Part shown: positions 45,286-54,393 of the stretch, piece after piece
Layout of the letters: each line of letters opens with the position of its first letter
How positions within the stretch are numbered: position 1 is the first letter of the stretch
Assembly: GCA_965117025.1 (NCBI GenBank)
Contig: OZ220746.1
Coordinates: 135,225 to 199,224 of the forward strand
Length of the DNA: 64,000 bases
Origin: Rhodothermales bacterium
GTDB lineage: Bacteria > Bacteroidota > Rhodothermia > Rhodothermales > VXPQ01
Direction of reading: 5' to 3'
Notes under the pieces: generated by a model
The model's input: only the letters and a program-made list of their open reading frames with translations
The model's database searches: none
Told to the model about the DNA's origin: nothing
Translations under genes and position numbers: made by a program

Positions 45286-45636
45286 GCAGGCTCCCAGACC
45301 GGGTTTAATGGCGAAAGGGGTTCGTTTGTCGTCAAGCCTACAGACAAGACCGGGCGCGACTTTCGACACCACGGACGACTGGAGTATGTCGGTGAACACT
45401 ACTTCCGATTCGCGGGTAGCGGGGATTACTACCTCAAAGGAGGAGCCGATAGCCCGGAGAACTTTCTGGCATTCCACGAAATCGACAATACGTACGACAT
45501 AAGAGGTGCTCTCCAGACAGGTACCGTAACCACCATTGAAGGCGAGGATTACGTCTCGCTGGGTCTGCCTCCCCAGGATGACCATCAGGATTGGGTGGCC
45601 CTCATTACCAGGGCTGACAGGGACGCCCAGGACTAA
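45121..45636 (+). pseudogene. Truncated, internally deleted paralog of the DUF5060-type gene at 45669-47597
   Basis: VVVPGFYAADGNAGEASADRGNVWRVHFSPNMPGEWSY...GGADSPENFLAFHEIDNTYD aligns to residues ~120-245 of the neighbouring gene. It then jumps to the last ~35 residues (GTVTTIEGEDYVSLGLPPQDDHQDWVALITR). No N-terminus or signal is present. Confidence 0.8.
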
Positions 45637-45668
45637 TATTCCTCAGATAACGAACCTTGACCGAACCT

Positions 45669-47597
45669 ATGAACGACATCATGCTCCGAAACCGGGTCGC
45701 CACGATGCCAGCAACCCGCAAGAGAAGATTGGGCATCAGGCCGGGATATCCGGGATATATGCCCCCGGAACGTCTTTTTACGCTTCTTTTTATTTTGCTC
45801 CTCCCGCTCGTCATGGCCTCGACATGTGAGCAGTCGAGCGACCTTTCCGGAGAGCCAACGGCGGCTGAGGTTTCCGGAGAGCTGAAGACATGGCATCGTG
45901 TGACCATCTCATTCGACGGTCCGGAGTCCAGCGAAACGGCTACTCCAAATCCATTTACAGACTATCGACTGGATGTCGTCTTTACGCGCGGGAATCAGAC
46001 GGTGGTCGTCCCGGGGTTCTACGCAGCGGATGGTGATGCGGCGAACTCCAGCGCCGAGAGCGGAAGCATATGGCGGGTCCATTTTTCACCAAACGAAGAG
46101 GGCGAATGGAGCTACGAGGCATCGTTCCGCGCAGGTCAGGATGTTGCGATCGCCGCGGATCCGATGGCTGGAGAACCGACTGCATTTGACGGAGCCTCGG
46201 GATCATTCACTGTGCTTCCTTCGGACAAGGGAGATCCGGATTTCCGGCATCACGGGCTACTTCAGTATGTGGGCGAACACCACTACCGATTCGCCGGAAG
46301 TGGTAAATACTATCTGAAGGGCGGGGCAGACAGTCCGGAGAATTTCCTTGCATACGACGAGATAGACGGGACCTTCGACGCCGACGCCGGCTCAGGAAGC
46401 TACGAGCAGGTAGGGACCTTCATCCACCAATACCAACCGCACGTCCAGGATTGGAGTGACGGCGATCCCAGTTGGAAGGACGGCAAGGGCAAGGGAATCA
46501 TCGGCGCCCTCAACTATCTGGCAGGAAAAGGGATGAACAGTGTCTATTTCCTGACCTACAACACTGAAGGCGGGGATGGCAGGGACACATGGATGTGGAC
46601 CGATGTGGACGAGAGGGAACGATTCGACGTCAGCAAATTGGCGCAGTGGGAGATTGTATTCGCTCATATGGATCGACTTGGCATAATGCTTCACGTCGTC
46701 ACGCAAGAGACGGAGAATGATGGGAACCTCGGGGGCAGTCTTGGGCTGAATCCGGTTCGTGAGCTATACCATCGTGAACTCGTCGCGCGCTTCGGCCATC
46801 ACAATGCCGTGATCTGGAACCTGGGAGAGGAGAACAACACTCCCGATGCCGATCGGAAAATGATCGCGGGCTCCATTCGTTCACTGGATCCCTATGATCA
46901 TCCGATCACCGTCCACACGAAGTCCAACCGGGCGATGTGGTTCTACGACGGCATTCTTGGGGATCCAAACTTCGAAGCGACCTCCATCCAGGCCGACATG
47001 CATGACTACAACAGAGACGCTATCGTGCTGCGGAAGCGCTCGGAGCGCGCAGGGCGAAAGTGGGCCATCTTCGGAGACGAGCAGCAGCCGGCATGGCGGG
47101 GCGCCGCTCCTGATGCCGTCGACCCGGCGCACGACTTGCCGCGCAAACAAGCGCTCTGGGGAAACCTCATGGGTGGCGGTTCCGGTGTGGAGTGGTATTT
47201 CGGCAGCCGCAACCCCTGTATGGACATCGACTGCGAAGACTGGCGAACGCGCGAGATATTGTGGGATCAAACGCGCTACGCGCTCGAGTTCTTTCAGAAG
47301 TACCTCCCCTTCTGGGAAATGGAGCCCGACAATGGTCTTGCATTCGCATACGGCAATCTCGTGCTCGGCAAGCCGGGCCAAACATACGCGGTGTATTTGC
47401 CGACCGGGGGCAGTACTACGCTTGATCTCGAAAGAGACGAGGGTACGTTTAGCGTACAGTGGTACAACCCAAGATTAGGCGGAGAGCTCCAGTACGGCAG
47501 CGTGACGACGGTGGAAAGCGGTGCGATCGTATCGCTCGGCGAGCCCCCGGCAGATCCTGACCAGGATTGGGCCGTGCTGGTGACCCGCTCGGAGTAG
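45669..47597 (+). CDS. Exported DUF5060-domain protein with glycoside-hydrolase-like (GH5-like TIM barrel) body
   Basis: It has an N-terminal Ig-like DUF5060-type segment (VSGELKTWHRVTISFDGP...FTDYRLDVVFT). Hydrophobic signal LFTLLFILLLPLVMASTC. The start is uncertain (ATG at 45669, 45681, 45702 or 45759). The functional call is tentative. Confidence 0.7.
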   Translation: MNDIMLRNRVATMPATRKRRLGIRPGYPGYMPPERLFTLLFILLLPLVMASTCEQSSDLSGEPTAAEVSGELKTWHRVTISFDGPESSETATPNPFTDYRLDVVFTRGNQTVVVPGFYAADGDAANSSAESGSIWRVHFSPNEEGEWSYEASFRAGQDVAIAADPMAGEPTAFDGASGSFTVLPSDKGDPDFRHHGLLQYVGEHHYRFAGSGKYYLKGGADSPENFLAYDEIDGTFDADAGSGSYEQVGTFIHQYQPHVQDWSDGDPSWKDGKGKGIIGALNYLAGKGMNSVYFLTYNTEGGDGRDTWMWTDVDERERFDVSKLAQWEIVFAHMDRLGIMLHVVTQETENDGNLGGSLGLNPVRELYHRELVARFGHHNAVIWNLGEENNTPDADRKMIAGSIRSLDPYDHPITVHTKSNRAMWFYDGILGDPNFEATSIQADMHDYNRDAIVLRKRSERAGRKWAIFGDEQQPAWRGAAPDAVDPAHDLPRKQALWGNLMGGGSGVEWYFGSRNPCMDIDCEDWRTREILWDQTRYALEFFQKYLPFWEMEPDNGLAFAYGNLVLGKPGQTYAVYLPTGGSTTLDLERDEGTFSVQWYNPRLGGELQYGSVTTVESGAIVSLGEPPADPDQDWAVLVTRSE

Positions 47598-47674
47598 AGC
47601 CAGGACAAACGACAGGACCCACTGCGGCGCCTGTTCTATATGTAGTAAGACAGATATTTTTCAGCGTAAATTTA

Positions 47675-47710
47675 TGAAAAAAGCCCGCTTCCGATGAAGG
47701 AGGCGGGCTT
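47675..47710 (-). terminator. Rho-independent terminator downstream of tRNA-Leu
   Basis: On the minus strand: aagcccgc-ctccttcatcggaa-gcgggctt followed by tttttc. Confidence 0.8.
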
Positions 47711-47716
47711 AGTTTC

Positions 47717-47800
47717 GTACCGGGAGCGGGATTCGAACCCGCACGGAGCATTGCTCCAACGGATTTTAAGTCCGTTGCGTCTACCATTCCGCCATCCCGG
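47717..47800 (-). tRNA. tRNA-Leu (anticodon UAA), class II with long variable arm
   Basis: GCCGGGATGGCGGAATGGTAGACGCAACGGACTTAAAATCCGTTGGAGCAATGCTCCGTGCGGGTTCGAATCCCGCTCCCGGTA. It folds by hand into a cloverleaf with anticodon loop CTTAAAA. CCA is not encoded. The first acceptor pair is G1-U72. Confidence 0.9.
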
Positions 47801-47861
47801 CCGAAGGCCGCGTCGTCAATATTGCGCCAAGCAGGATCATGTCGCGCCCAACCTGCTAAAA

Positions 47862-48005
47862 TTAAGGGATACTCTGATCAAAACCACTTCGCTCAGCACT
47901 TCACGTTCGTACGTACAGGGTGTCATGATTCCATCGTTGAAATCAGCAGAAAACACTGCGGATTCGGGGCGTCGCAGACGTGAAGCGCCCTGCGGGAGGC
48001 AGAGA
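47862..48005. repeat. Disrupted copy of the dispersed element (intact left arm, ~65-bp insertion, degenerate right part)
   Basis: ttaagggatactctgatcaaaaccacttcgctcagcacttcacgttcgtacg, then unrelated sequence, then cgtgaagcgccc at 47979-47990. No recognisable right terminus. Confidence 0.65.
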
Positions 48006-48097
48006 AGACAAGATCGGATAATTCGGTTATGTCTGATCGAAAGTATAACATGAAGATGACCATATAATTCCCTTTTTAGCAGAGAATAAAACCTGTC

Positions 48098-49054
48098 ATG
48101 CCTCTTCAATTATTTCTTTTTGCACTGGGGCTTTCCCTGGTATACTTCGGCGCTGAATGGCTCCTGAAGGGCGCTGCGGCGCTGGTCCATCGGTATAGTG
48201 TAAGTCCCCTGATTGTCGGCGCCACCGTGGTGGCGCTCGGTACGTCCATGCCCGAATTTGTGTTTAACCTGTTTGCAGCATTCTCACAGGAAGACGGTCT
48301 TGCGCTGGGGAATATCGTCGGTTCAAACATTTGCAACATTGCCCTGGTTCTTGGAGCAAGCGGGCTGGTTTTTCCCCTTCTGGCATCGCGCGATGTGCTG
48401 ACCAAAGGGTACCCTGCCATGATGCTTGTGCTGATCGTTTTCTATCTGGTGGCGCTGGACGGAACAATCAGTCGGATCGATGGCATGGTACTGGCCGCCA
48501 TGCTGATCATTTTTGTATTTCTGATTGTGCGGGGAAGCGCGTATGGCGGTGAAAGACAGAAACCGGATGTCGTGCTCTCGGAAGTTGCAAACGTTCCGGT
48601 GTCGGGCCCCGGGAAATGGATATTCCTTTTCGCAGGCGCCCTGTTGCTTGCAGGCGGCGCCTGGCTCATGATGAAATCCGCCGTGAATATCGCTACCATG
48701 CTCGGCGTTTCCTCTGTAATAATCGGCCTGACGGTCGTCGCTGTCGGCACCAGTCTGCCCGAACTGGCCACTTCCCTTGTGGGCGCCCTGAAGGGCGAGA
48801 CAGAACTTTCGGTGGGCAACGTATTCGGCAGCAATATCCTGAATGTGTTATTCGTCGTGGGGCCTATTTCTTTGTTCCGTCCCCTGTATGTGGAGGCGAA
48901 CATGCTTGCCGTACATTTTCCGGTCATGCTTGCGTTCGGAGCGGTGCTCCTCCCGATTCTGTGGTTCCGGCCCGGAGTCGGTCGCATCGAGGGAGCGTTT
49001 CTGCTGACAGGTTTTCTGGCCTACCTTGCCTACATGGTCATGCCGTATCTTTAA
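48098..49054 (+). CDS. Ca2+/Na+ antiporter (CaCA family, YrbG-like)
   Basis: There are two alpha-repeat motifs, GNIVGSNICNIALVLG and GNVFGSNILNVLFVVG, and ~10 TM segments. Confidence 0.9.
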   Translation: MPLQLFLFALGLSLVYFGAEWLLKGAAALVHRYSVSPLIVGATVVALGTSMPEFVFNLFAAFSQEDGLALGNIVGSNICNIALVLGASGLVFPLLASRDVLTKGYPAMMLVLIVFYLVALDGTISRIDGMVLAAMLIIFVFLIVRGSAYGGERQKPDVVLSEVANVPVSGPGKWIFLFAGALLLAGGAWLMMKSAVNIATMLGVSSVIIGLTVVAVGTSLPELATSLVGALKGETELSVGNVFGSNILNVLFVVGPISLFRPLYVEANMLAVHFPVMLAFGAVLLPILWFRPGVGRIEGAFLLTGFLAYLAYMVMPYL

Positions 49055-49080
49055 GGATACGCTGATCAAGTCCACTTCGC
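49051..49080. repeat. Single-arm copy of the dispersed element overlapping the antiporter stop codon
   Basis: ttaaggatacgctgatcaagtccacttcgc. The TAA stop (49052-54) lies within the element terminus. The element fills the 29-bp gap to the next ATG. Confidence 0.75.
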
Positions 49081-49083
49081 CGA

Positions 49084-51249
49084 ATGTCTTTTTCTTTTGG
49101 CATGACTTCATGGCTGGTTGCGGTGTTCCTGCTCGCAGCCGGCGCCGGGGCCGTATGGTTGTATCGTCACACCATGCCCGAATTGTCGCGGGGCAAGAGG
49201 GTCCTGCTCGGGGCGCTGCGGTTTTGTGCGCTCTTTTTCATTCTGCTGCTTCTGCTCGAACCTGTTTTACGCCTTGTCCGGCATGACGAAAAGGAACCCG
49301 TCGTAGCAGTGCTCATCGACGACAGCACAAGCCTTCGTCTGGCATCCGGCGCGGATACTTCTCTTGCGGTAGCACAAGCCCGTATCCGGGATATTCTCCA
49401 GCATATCCCGGCAGCTGCACGAGGCGCCGATGTGCGGTACATCCGTTTTGGCTCGGGCCTCGATGCCAGTGAGCTTTCCCGTTTTGAGCCGGACTCGCTT
49501 GCGCTGAATGCATTCAGAACCAACATTGCCCGGGCGCTTGCTTCCACCGAGGAGCGATTGCGGGATGATAATTTGCGCGCCGTGCTGCTTGTTTCCGATG
49601 GACGGTACAATACGGGTCGTAATCCGCTATATGTATCCGAACGGTATCCGGTGCCGGTCTTTACGGCGATTGTAGGCGATACATTGCGTCGGCAGGATAT
49701 TCGGGTGCAACGTGTGCTCACAAACGAAGTAGCCTACGTGGGCGCCGAACTCCCCATTGAGGTCGGCATTCGTGCAGAGGGTACAAGAGGCCACCGGATT
49801 ACGGTATCGCTGGCCGCTGACGGAGAAACAATAACTTCCCGAGACCTTGAAATTCCTCCGGGAAATGCCGAATTCGTTGTCGATTTGTCCGTGACGCCCG
49901 AATCGGAAGGACTTCAGCGCTACACGGTGGCTGTAACAGAGCTTGCTGATGAAGTGACGCACCGCAATAACCGGGAATCCCTGACCGTTCGTGTGCTTTC
50001 CTCCAAACGGCGCATCCTTCTCGTTGCAGCAGCTCCCGGCCCGGATGTCGCTGCAATACGGAGGCTGTTTGGGCGGAATGCGGCGTTCGAAGTGTCTTCA
50101 TTCGTACAAAAAAGCGCGAGCGATTTTTACGAAGGCCCGTTTCCTGCCTCGCTTGCGGACTTTGATGTCATCGTGTTGGCCGGCTACCCCGGACAGGTCA
50201 GCGACGGAACCGTATTGCGGCGCATCGGCGAGGCGGCCCAGGAAGGCGTTCCGGTGTTTTTTCTGCTTACTTCAGCTACCTCTATTGCCCGACTGGGCAT
50301 AATTTCCGAAGACGTACTTCCTGTTGAGGCGGGACGTATTCGGGGAGATTTCATGGAGGCGACGTTCCGAACTACACCGGCAGGAAACCATCACCCGGTC
50401 ATGCATATTTCCGGAGGAGACTCGGAAACATGGGGTACTCTTCCCCCGCTGGAGTACAGTCGAACCCAATGGGTGCTTACCCCTGATACCCAGGTGCTTG
50501 CCACCGTGTCGGTGCGCGGGATTGACCTGCCCGATCCGTTGCTCGTCGTTCGCCGGCGTGCGCAACATCGTACCGCCGCCTTGCTTGGCGCCGGCACATG
50601 GAGATGGCAGAACCTTCCTGAAGACCTGGCTCATTTCGAGCAACTTCCTGCAGAACTTTTTGCAAACATTATCCAGTGGCTTACCGCCCTGGACGATGAC
50701 CGCCCTGTGCGCATATATCCTGTTCGGGATGTTTTCGGAGGGGGAGAATCGGTTCAGTTTTCCGGTCAAGTGTACGATGAAAGCCTTAATCCCGTCCCGG
50801 ATGCGTCTGTGGAGATCAGGTTGATCTCGCCGGATGGCGTGGAGTTTCCCTATCTTATGCACGCGATCGGGAGCGGGCGGTACACGCTCGACGCCGGGGC
50901 GCTGCCCGAAGGCGCCTATGCCTGGACGGCCACAGCGTACAGAGCAGAGGAAATGCTGGGTTCGGATCGCGGAGAGTTTGTGGTTGGATCGTTGACCCTG
51001 GAATATCGGGAACCGGGAGCAGACACCGTATTGATGCAGCAAGTCGCTCAGCGCTCAGGAGGTGTTTTGCTGGATACAAGCCGCCCCGAGCCATTTATTG
51101 AGGTGCTCGCGGCCCATCTGGAAGGAGCATCTGATACGGTATCCCAAACGACGGAAGAGGATTTGCGTAAACAGCCTGTTTTTTTGCTACTCATTATTGC
51201 GCTTCTTGCCGCGGAATGGTTTTTCCGCAAACGGAACGGGATGGTTTGA
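49084..51249 (+). CDS. Large membrane-anchored hypothetical protein (N-terminal double-TM, vWA-like/class I amidotransferase-like regions, C-terminal TM)
   Basis: 721 aa. The N-terminal hairpin of two TM helices is followed by VAVLIDDSTSL. The C-terminal anchor is VFLLLIIALLAAEWFFRKR. The family assignment is uncertain. Confidence 0.6.
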   Translation: MSFSFGMTSWLVAVFLLAAGAGAVWLYRHTMPELSRGKRVLLGALRFCALFFILLLLLEPVLRLVRHDEKEPVVAVLIDDSTSLRLASGADTSLAVAQARIRDILQHIPAAARGADVRYIRFGSGLDASELSRFEPDSLALNAFRTNIARALASTEERLRDDNLRAVLLVSDGRYNTGRNPLYVSERYPVPVFTAIVGDTLRRQDIRVQRVLTNEVAYVGAELPIEVGIRAEGTRGHRITVSLAADGETITSRDLEIPPGNAEFVVDLSVTPESEGLQRYTVAVTELADEVTHRNNRESLTVRVLSSKRRILLVAAAPGPDVAAIRRLFGRNAAFEVSSFVQKSASDFYEGPFPASLADFDVIVLAGYPGQVSDGTVLRRIGEAAQEGVPVFFLLTSATSIARLGIISEDVLPVEAGRIRGDFMEATFRTTPAGNHHPVMHISGGDSETWGTLPPLEYSRTQWVLTPDTQVLATVSVRGIDLPDPLLVVRRRAQHRTAALLGAGTWRWQNLPEDLAHFEQLPAELFANIIQWLTALDDDRPVRIYPVRDVFGGGESVQFSGQVYDESLNPVPDASVEIRLISPDGVEFPYLMHAIGSGRYTLDAGALPEGAYAWTATAYRAEEMLGSDRGEFVVGSLTLEYREPGADTVLMQQVAQRSGGVLLDTSRPEPFIEVLAAHLEGASDTVSQTTEEDLRKQPVFLLLIIALLAAEWFFRKRNGMV

Positions 51250-51254
51250 AGAAG

Positions 51255-52481
51255 ATGAGCGTTATAGCGGACATTCCTTCCATGGATGTTGCGGACCTTG
51301 CCGAAACAGGCCCGGAGCCCGTTGAATTCGCGACGTTCCTGCGCGACATACGGCGTTATATTCATCAGCATCCCGAGCTGGGCTTTGAGGAGTATCGCAC
51401 CAGCGAATTTGTTCGCAGCACCCTTGAGCAGAACGGGTTGGTTGTAACAGGCCCCCTGGCCGGCACCGGCTTATACACGGATATCGAGGGAGCACACGAC
51501 GGGTCTGTCATTGCGTACCGGGCGGATATGGACGCATTGCCCACCGCCGATGCAAAATCCGTGGAGTATGCATCTCGCAATCCGGGAGTTGCCCATCTAT
51601 GCGGCCATGATGCACATACAGCGGTTGCGATCGGCGTAGCGCTCATTCTGCATCGAAACAGGGAACACCTCCGCGGCACGGTCCGCGTACTGTTTCAGCC
51701 GAACGAAGAAGGTACACCGGGAGGCGCGGTGAATATGATCCGGGATGGAGTTCTTGACGGCGTGCAGAGTATGTATGCAATCCACGTGGATCCCTCGCTG
51801 GAGGTAGGCAGGTATGGCGTGCTGGCCGGACCTGTTACGTCGTCTAAAGACCGGTTCAACATTTGCGTCAAGGCATCAAGCACCGGTCATTCGGCGCGTC
51901 CCCATGAAGTCGTGGATACCATCTGGGTGGCCAATCAGATCGCCAACGCGCTTTATCATCTCGTTGGACGTTTTACGGATGCGCGCCAGGCATCCGTTCT
52001 GACGATTTGCCGGTTTCATGCCGGGGATGCATACAACGTGATTCCCGACGAGGCGGAACTGGGGGGCACGATCCGCACCACGGATGCTGAGGAGCGCACT
52101 GCGATAAGACAACGCCTGGAAAGTATCGCAAATGAACTTGCTCGTTTGTACGGGGTCGGGGTACACATCGATATAGCGGCAGGAGCGCCTGCAGTGCACA
52201 ACAACCCTCGACTAACGAAGCATGTAACATCCGTTATCCGGTCCTTCTGTGGAGAGGAAGCGATCTTTCAAATTCCTCTTCCCAGCATGGGTTCGGAAGA
52301 TTTCGGACACTACCTGGCGAAAATACCCGGAATGCTTCTCCGGGTAGGTACCCGTTCCGGCCCGGAGAGTGCGTATCCGCTGCACAGCGATCACTTCGAT
52401 ATCGACGAGCGCATTATGGCTCCCACCGCAACGCTGATGGCTCATGTACTCCGGACTCATCCGGAGCAGGAAGCCGGTTGA
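51255..52481 (+). CDS. M20/M25/M40-family amidohydrolase (N-acyl-L-amino acid amidohydrolase/hippurate hydrolase-like)
   Basis: ATG at 51255. Motifs HQHPELGFEEYRTSEF, RADMDALP, HLCGHDAHTA. Confidence 0.85.
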   Translation: MSVIADIPSMDVADLAETGPEPVEFATFLRDIRRYIHQHPELGFEEYRTSEFVRSTLEQNGLVVTGPLAGTGLYTDIEGAHDGSVIAYRADMDALPTADAKSVEYASRNPGVAHLCGHDAHTAVAIGVALILHRNREHLRGTVRVLFQPNEEGTPGGAVNMIRDGVLDGVQSMYAIHVDPSLEVGRYGVLAGPVTSSKDRFNICVKASSTGHSARPHEVVDTIWVANQIANALYHLVGRFTDARQASVLTICRFHAGDAYNVIPDEAELGGTIRTTDAEERTAIRQRLESIANELARLYGVGVHIDIAAGAPAVHNNPRLTKHVTSVIRSFCGEEAIFQIPLPSMGSEDFGHYLAKIPGMLLRVGTRSGPESAYPLHSDHFDIDERIMAPTATLMAHVLRTHPEQEAG

Positions 52482-52566
52482 TTTCACACGCTGAAAAAGC
52501 TTCCCGGGAAGGTTACGTTTTGGAGCTCGCTGTGTCTTAAGGGGCCGATTCCATCCCTGCGGTCCC

Positions 52567-54288
52567 ATGCGAGCCCTTTTCTTTATTCCAGTTTCTTTCA
52601 GTCTGACGGTATGCCTGTGCATCCTGCCAATCCATGCGCAGTCCCTTCAAGGTGTATCCGTCGCCGGCGGCTCCATCCATATCTCCGCCCCCGCCTCTCC
52701 ACAACCTGGAGACATTGTGATCAATGAAGTGTATCCCCGGCCCTTGTCTTCCGGCTCGGAGTTTATCGAGTTGTTCAACCGAAGCGTGCACACGTTCGAT
52801 CTCCAGGATTTGACGATCCGGGATGCATCTTCTCCCCCGCTTCCCCTTTCCCGAGGAGTATTGTCTTTTCCTCCGGGAACCTACACGGTGCTCGTTGCGG
52901 ACGGGGCCGCATTTTCCAATCGTTTTGCAGGAGTTCCCTATTTCGCGCCGGCTCGCTGGGCAAGCCTGAACAATGGGGGCGATACGGTGATTCTCGAATC
53001 CGGCGGAGCGGTTATCGATTCGCTTTTTTATGCCGGCAGCATGGTGGAAGCAGGCCGGTCCCTGGAACGCATTGATCCGGGCGCTCCGTCGGATCCGTAT
53101 AACTTTGCCCTGTCCATCGATACTTCCGGAGCAACACCGGGCTCGGAAAACAGCCGGTATGCCCCCGATGTATCCGGTCCGGTATTGTCTTTCGCCAAGG
53201 TTTTCGACGATACCCGACTCGATCTTTATTTCAACGAACCTGTCCGGACCGGGGCTATTTCTCCTGTCTCTATTCGACTGGAAAACCTTGTGGCGCAGGA
53301 GGTGCAAGTCTTGGGCCCGGACCGGCTACGCGTGCTTTTCGCGGGTTCCGTAACGGGGGCATCCATTGCAGTCGAGCAGGTATCCGATCTGCGGGGAAAT
53401 ATTTCGGAACGGGTATCGGCGCCGATTTCCTATCGGCCTGTTTCCCGCGATGTCGTGGTGAACGAAATGTTGTACGAACCGCTTACGGACGATTATGACG
53501 GATTTGCAAACCAGGTGGAATTTATTGAATTGGTGAACCGATCTGCTCGTCGCATTTATCTCGACGGGGTATATCGGACCCGGGATCCTGACGAATACGG
53601 AGACGCCGATACGGTGTATGTTGAGGGACGGTTTATCAGCCTGGGCCCCGAAGAGTACCTGCTGTTTGCCGCCGCAAGCATGGAGAACGAAAACGCCCCG
53701 GTGGTTACCGGCAAGGGGCTTACCCTGCTTAATGAAGGCGACCGCATTCGTATACACCGGGAAGACGGCGAGGTGCTTGACGACGTACGGTACGATCCTT
53801 CATGGCATCATCCGGATGTTCTGGAAACCCGGGGCATTACGCTGGAGCGAATCGACGTGGATGCATCCGGCAATAATCCTCAAAACTGGACGAGTTCGGT
53901 GGAGCCGGATGGCGGAACGCCGGGGCTGCCCAATTCGATACGTATTACCGGTGAAAGCCTGTTGTCCAAACGGGGAATACATGTTGCGCCGAATCCTTTT
54001 TCCCCGGATCGGGACGGTGTGGACGATATCGTTCGTATCCGGTGCGCTTTTCCTTCCAGCGTATCCAGGATTCGGGCGCTTGTGTTCGATCTGGCGGGGA
54101 ACCAGGTGCGGAAATTGGTCGCATCCCGGCTCGTTGCGGAATCCGTCGAGTTGCTGTGGAACGGCAGGGATGATGCGGACCGCCGCTTGCGCACGGGTGT
54201 ATACATTGTTTTTGTCGAGGCTTATGACGCCCGCAACAAGGTAATGGATGTATTCAAGGCGCCCATCGTGCTGGCCCGGCGATACTGA
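52567..54288 (+). CDS. Secreted protein with two lamin-tail (LTD) domains and a C-terminal FlgD-Ig-like domain
   Basis: A signal peptide is present. The LTD signatures are IVINEVYPRP...GSEFIELFNRS and VVVNEMLYEP...VEFIELVNRS. The C-terminus is APNPFSPDRDGVDD...LVFDLAGNQVRKL...WNGRDD...TGVYIV. Confidence 0.75.
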   Translation: MRALFFIPVSFSLTVCLCILPIHAQSLQGVSVAGGSIHISAPASPQPGDIVINEVYPRPLSSGSEFIELFNRSVHTFDLQDLTIRDASSPPLPLSRGVLSFPPGTYTVLVADGAAFSNRFAGVPYFAPARWASLNNGGDTVILESGGAVIDSLFYAGSMVEAGRSLERIDPGAPSDPYNFALSIDTSGATPGSENSRYAPDVSGPVLSFAKVFDDTRLDLYFNEPVRTGAISPVSIRLENLVAQEVQVLGPDRLRVLFAGSVTGASIAVEQVSDLRGNISERVSAPISYRPVSRDVVVNEMLYEPLTDDYDGFANQVEFIELVNRSARRIYLDGVYRTRDPDEYGDADTVYVEGRFISLGPEEYLLFAAASMENENAPVVTGKGLTLLNEGDRIRIHREDGEVLDDVRYDPSWHHPDVLETRGITLERIDVDASGNNPQNWTSSVEPDGGTPGLPNSIRITGESLLSKRGIHVAPNPFSPDRDGVDDIVRIRCAFPSSVSRIRALVFDLAGNQVRKLVASRLVAESVELLWNGRDDADRRLRTGVYIVFVEAYDARNKVMDVFKAPIVLARRY

Positions 54289-54393
54289 TGTTCGTGTCCG
54301 CACATGGAACCGGCCTCACAGACCGTCGTTCACCCCATACGAGGCTATTCTTTCTTGCACGCTTCGTTCAGGTTACGAAAACGCCCCCGGATC

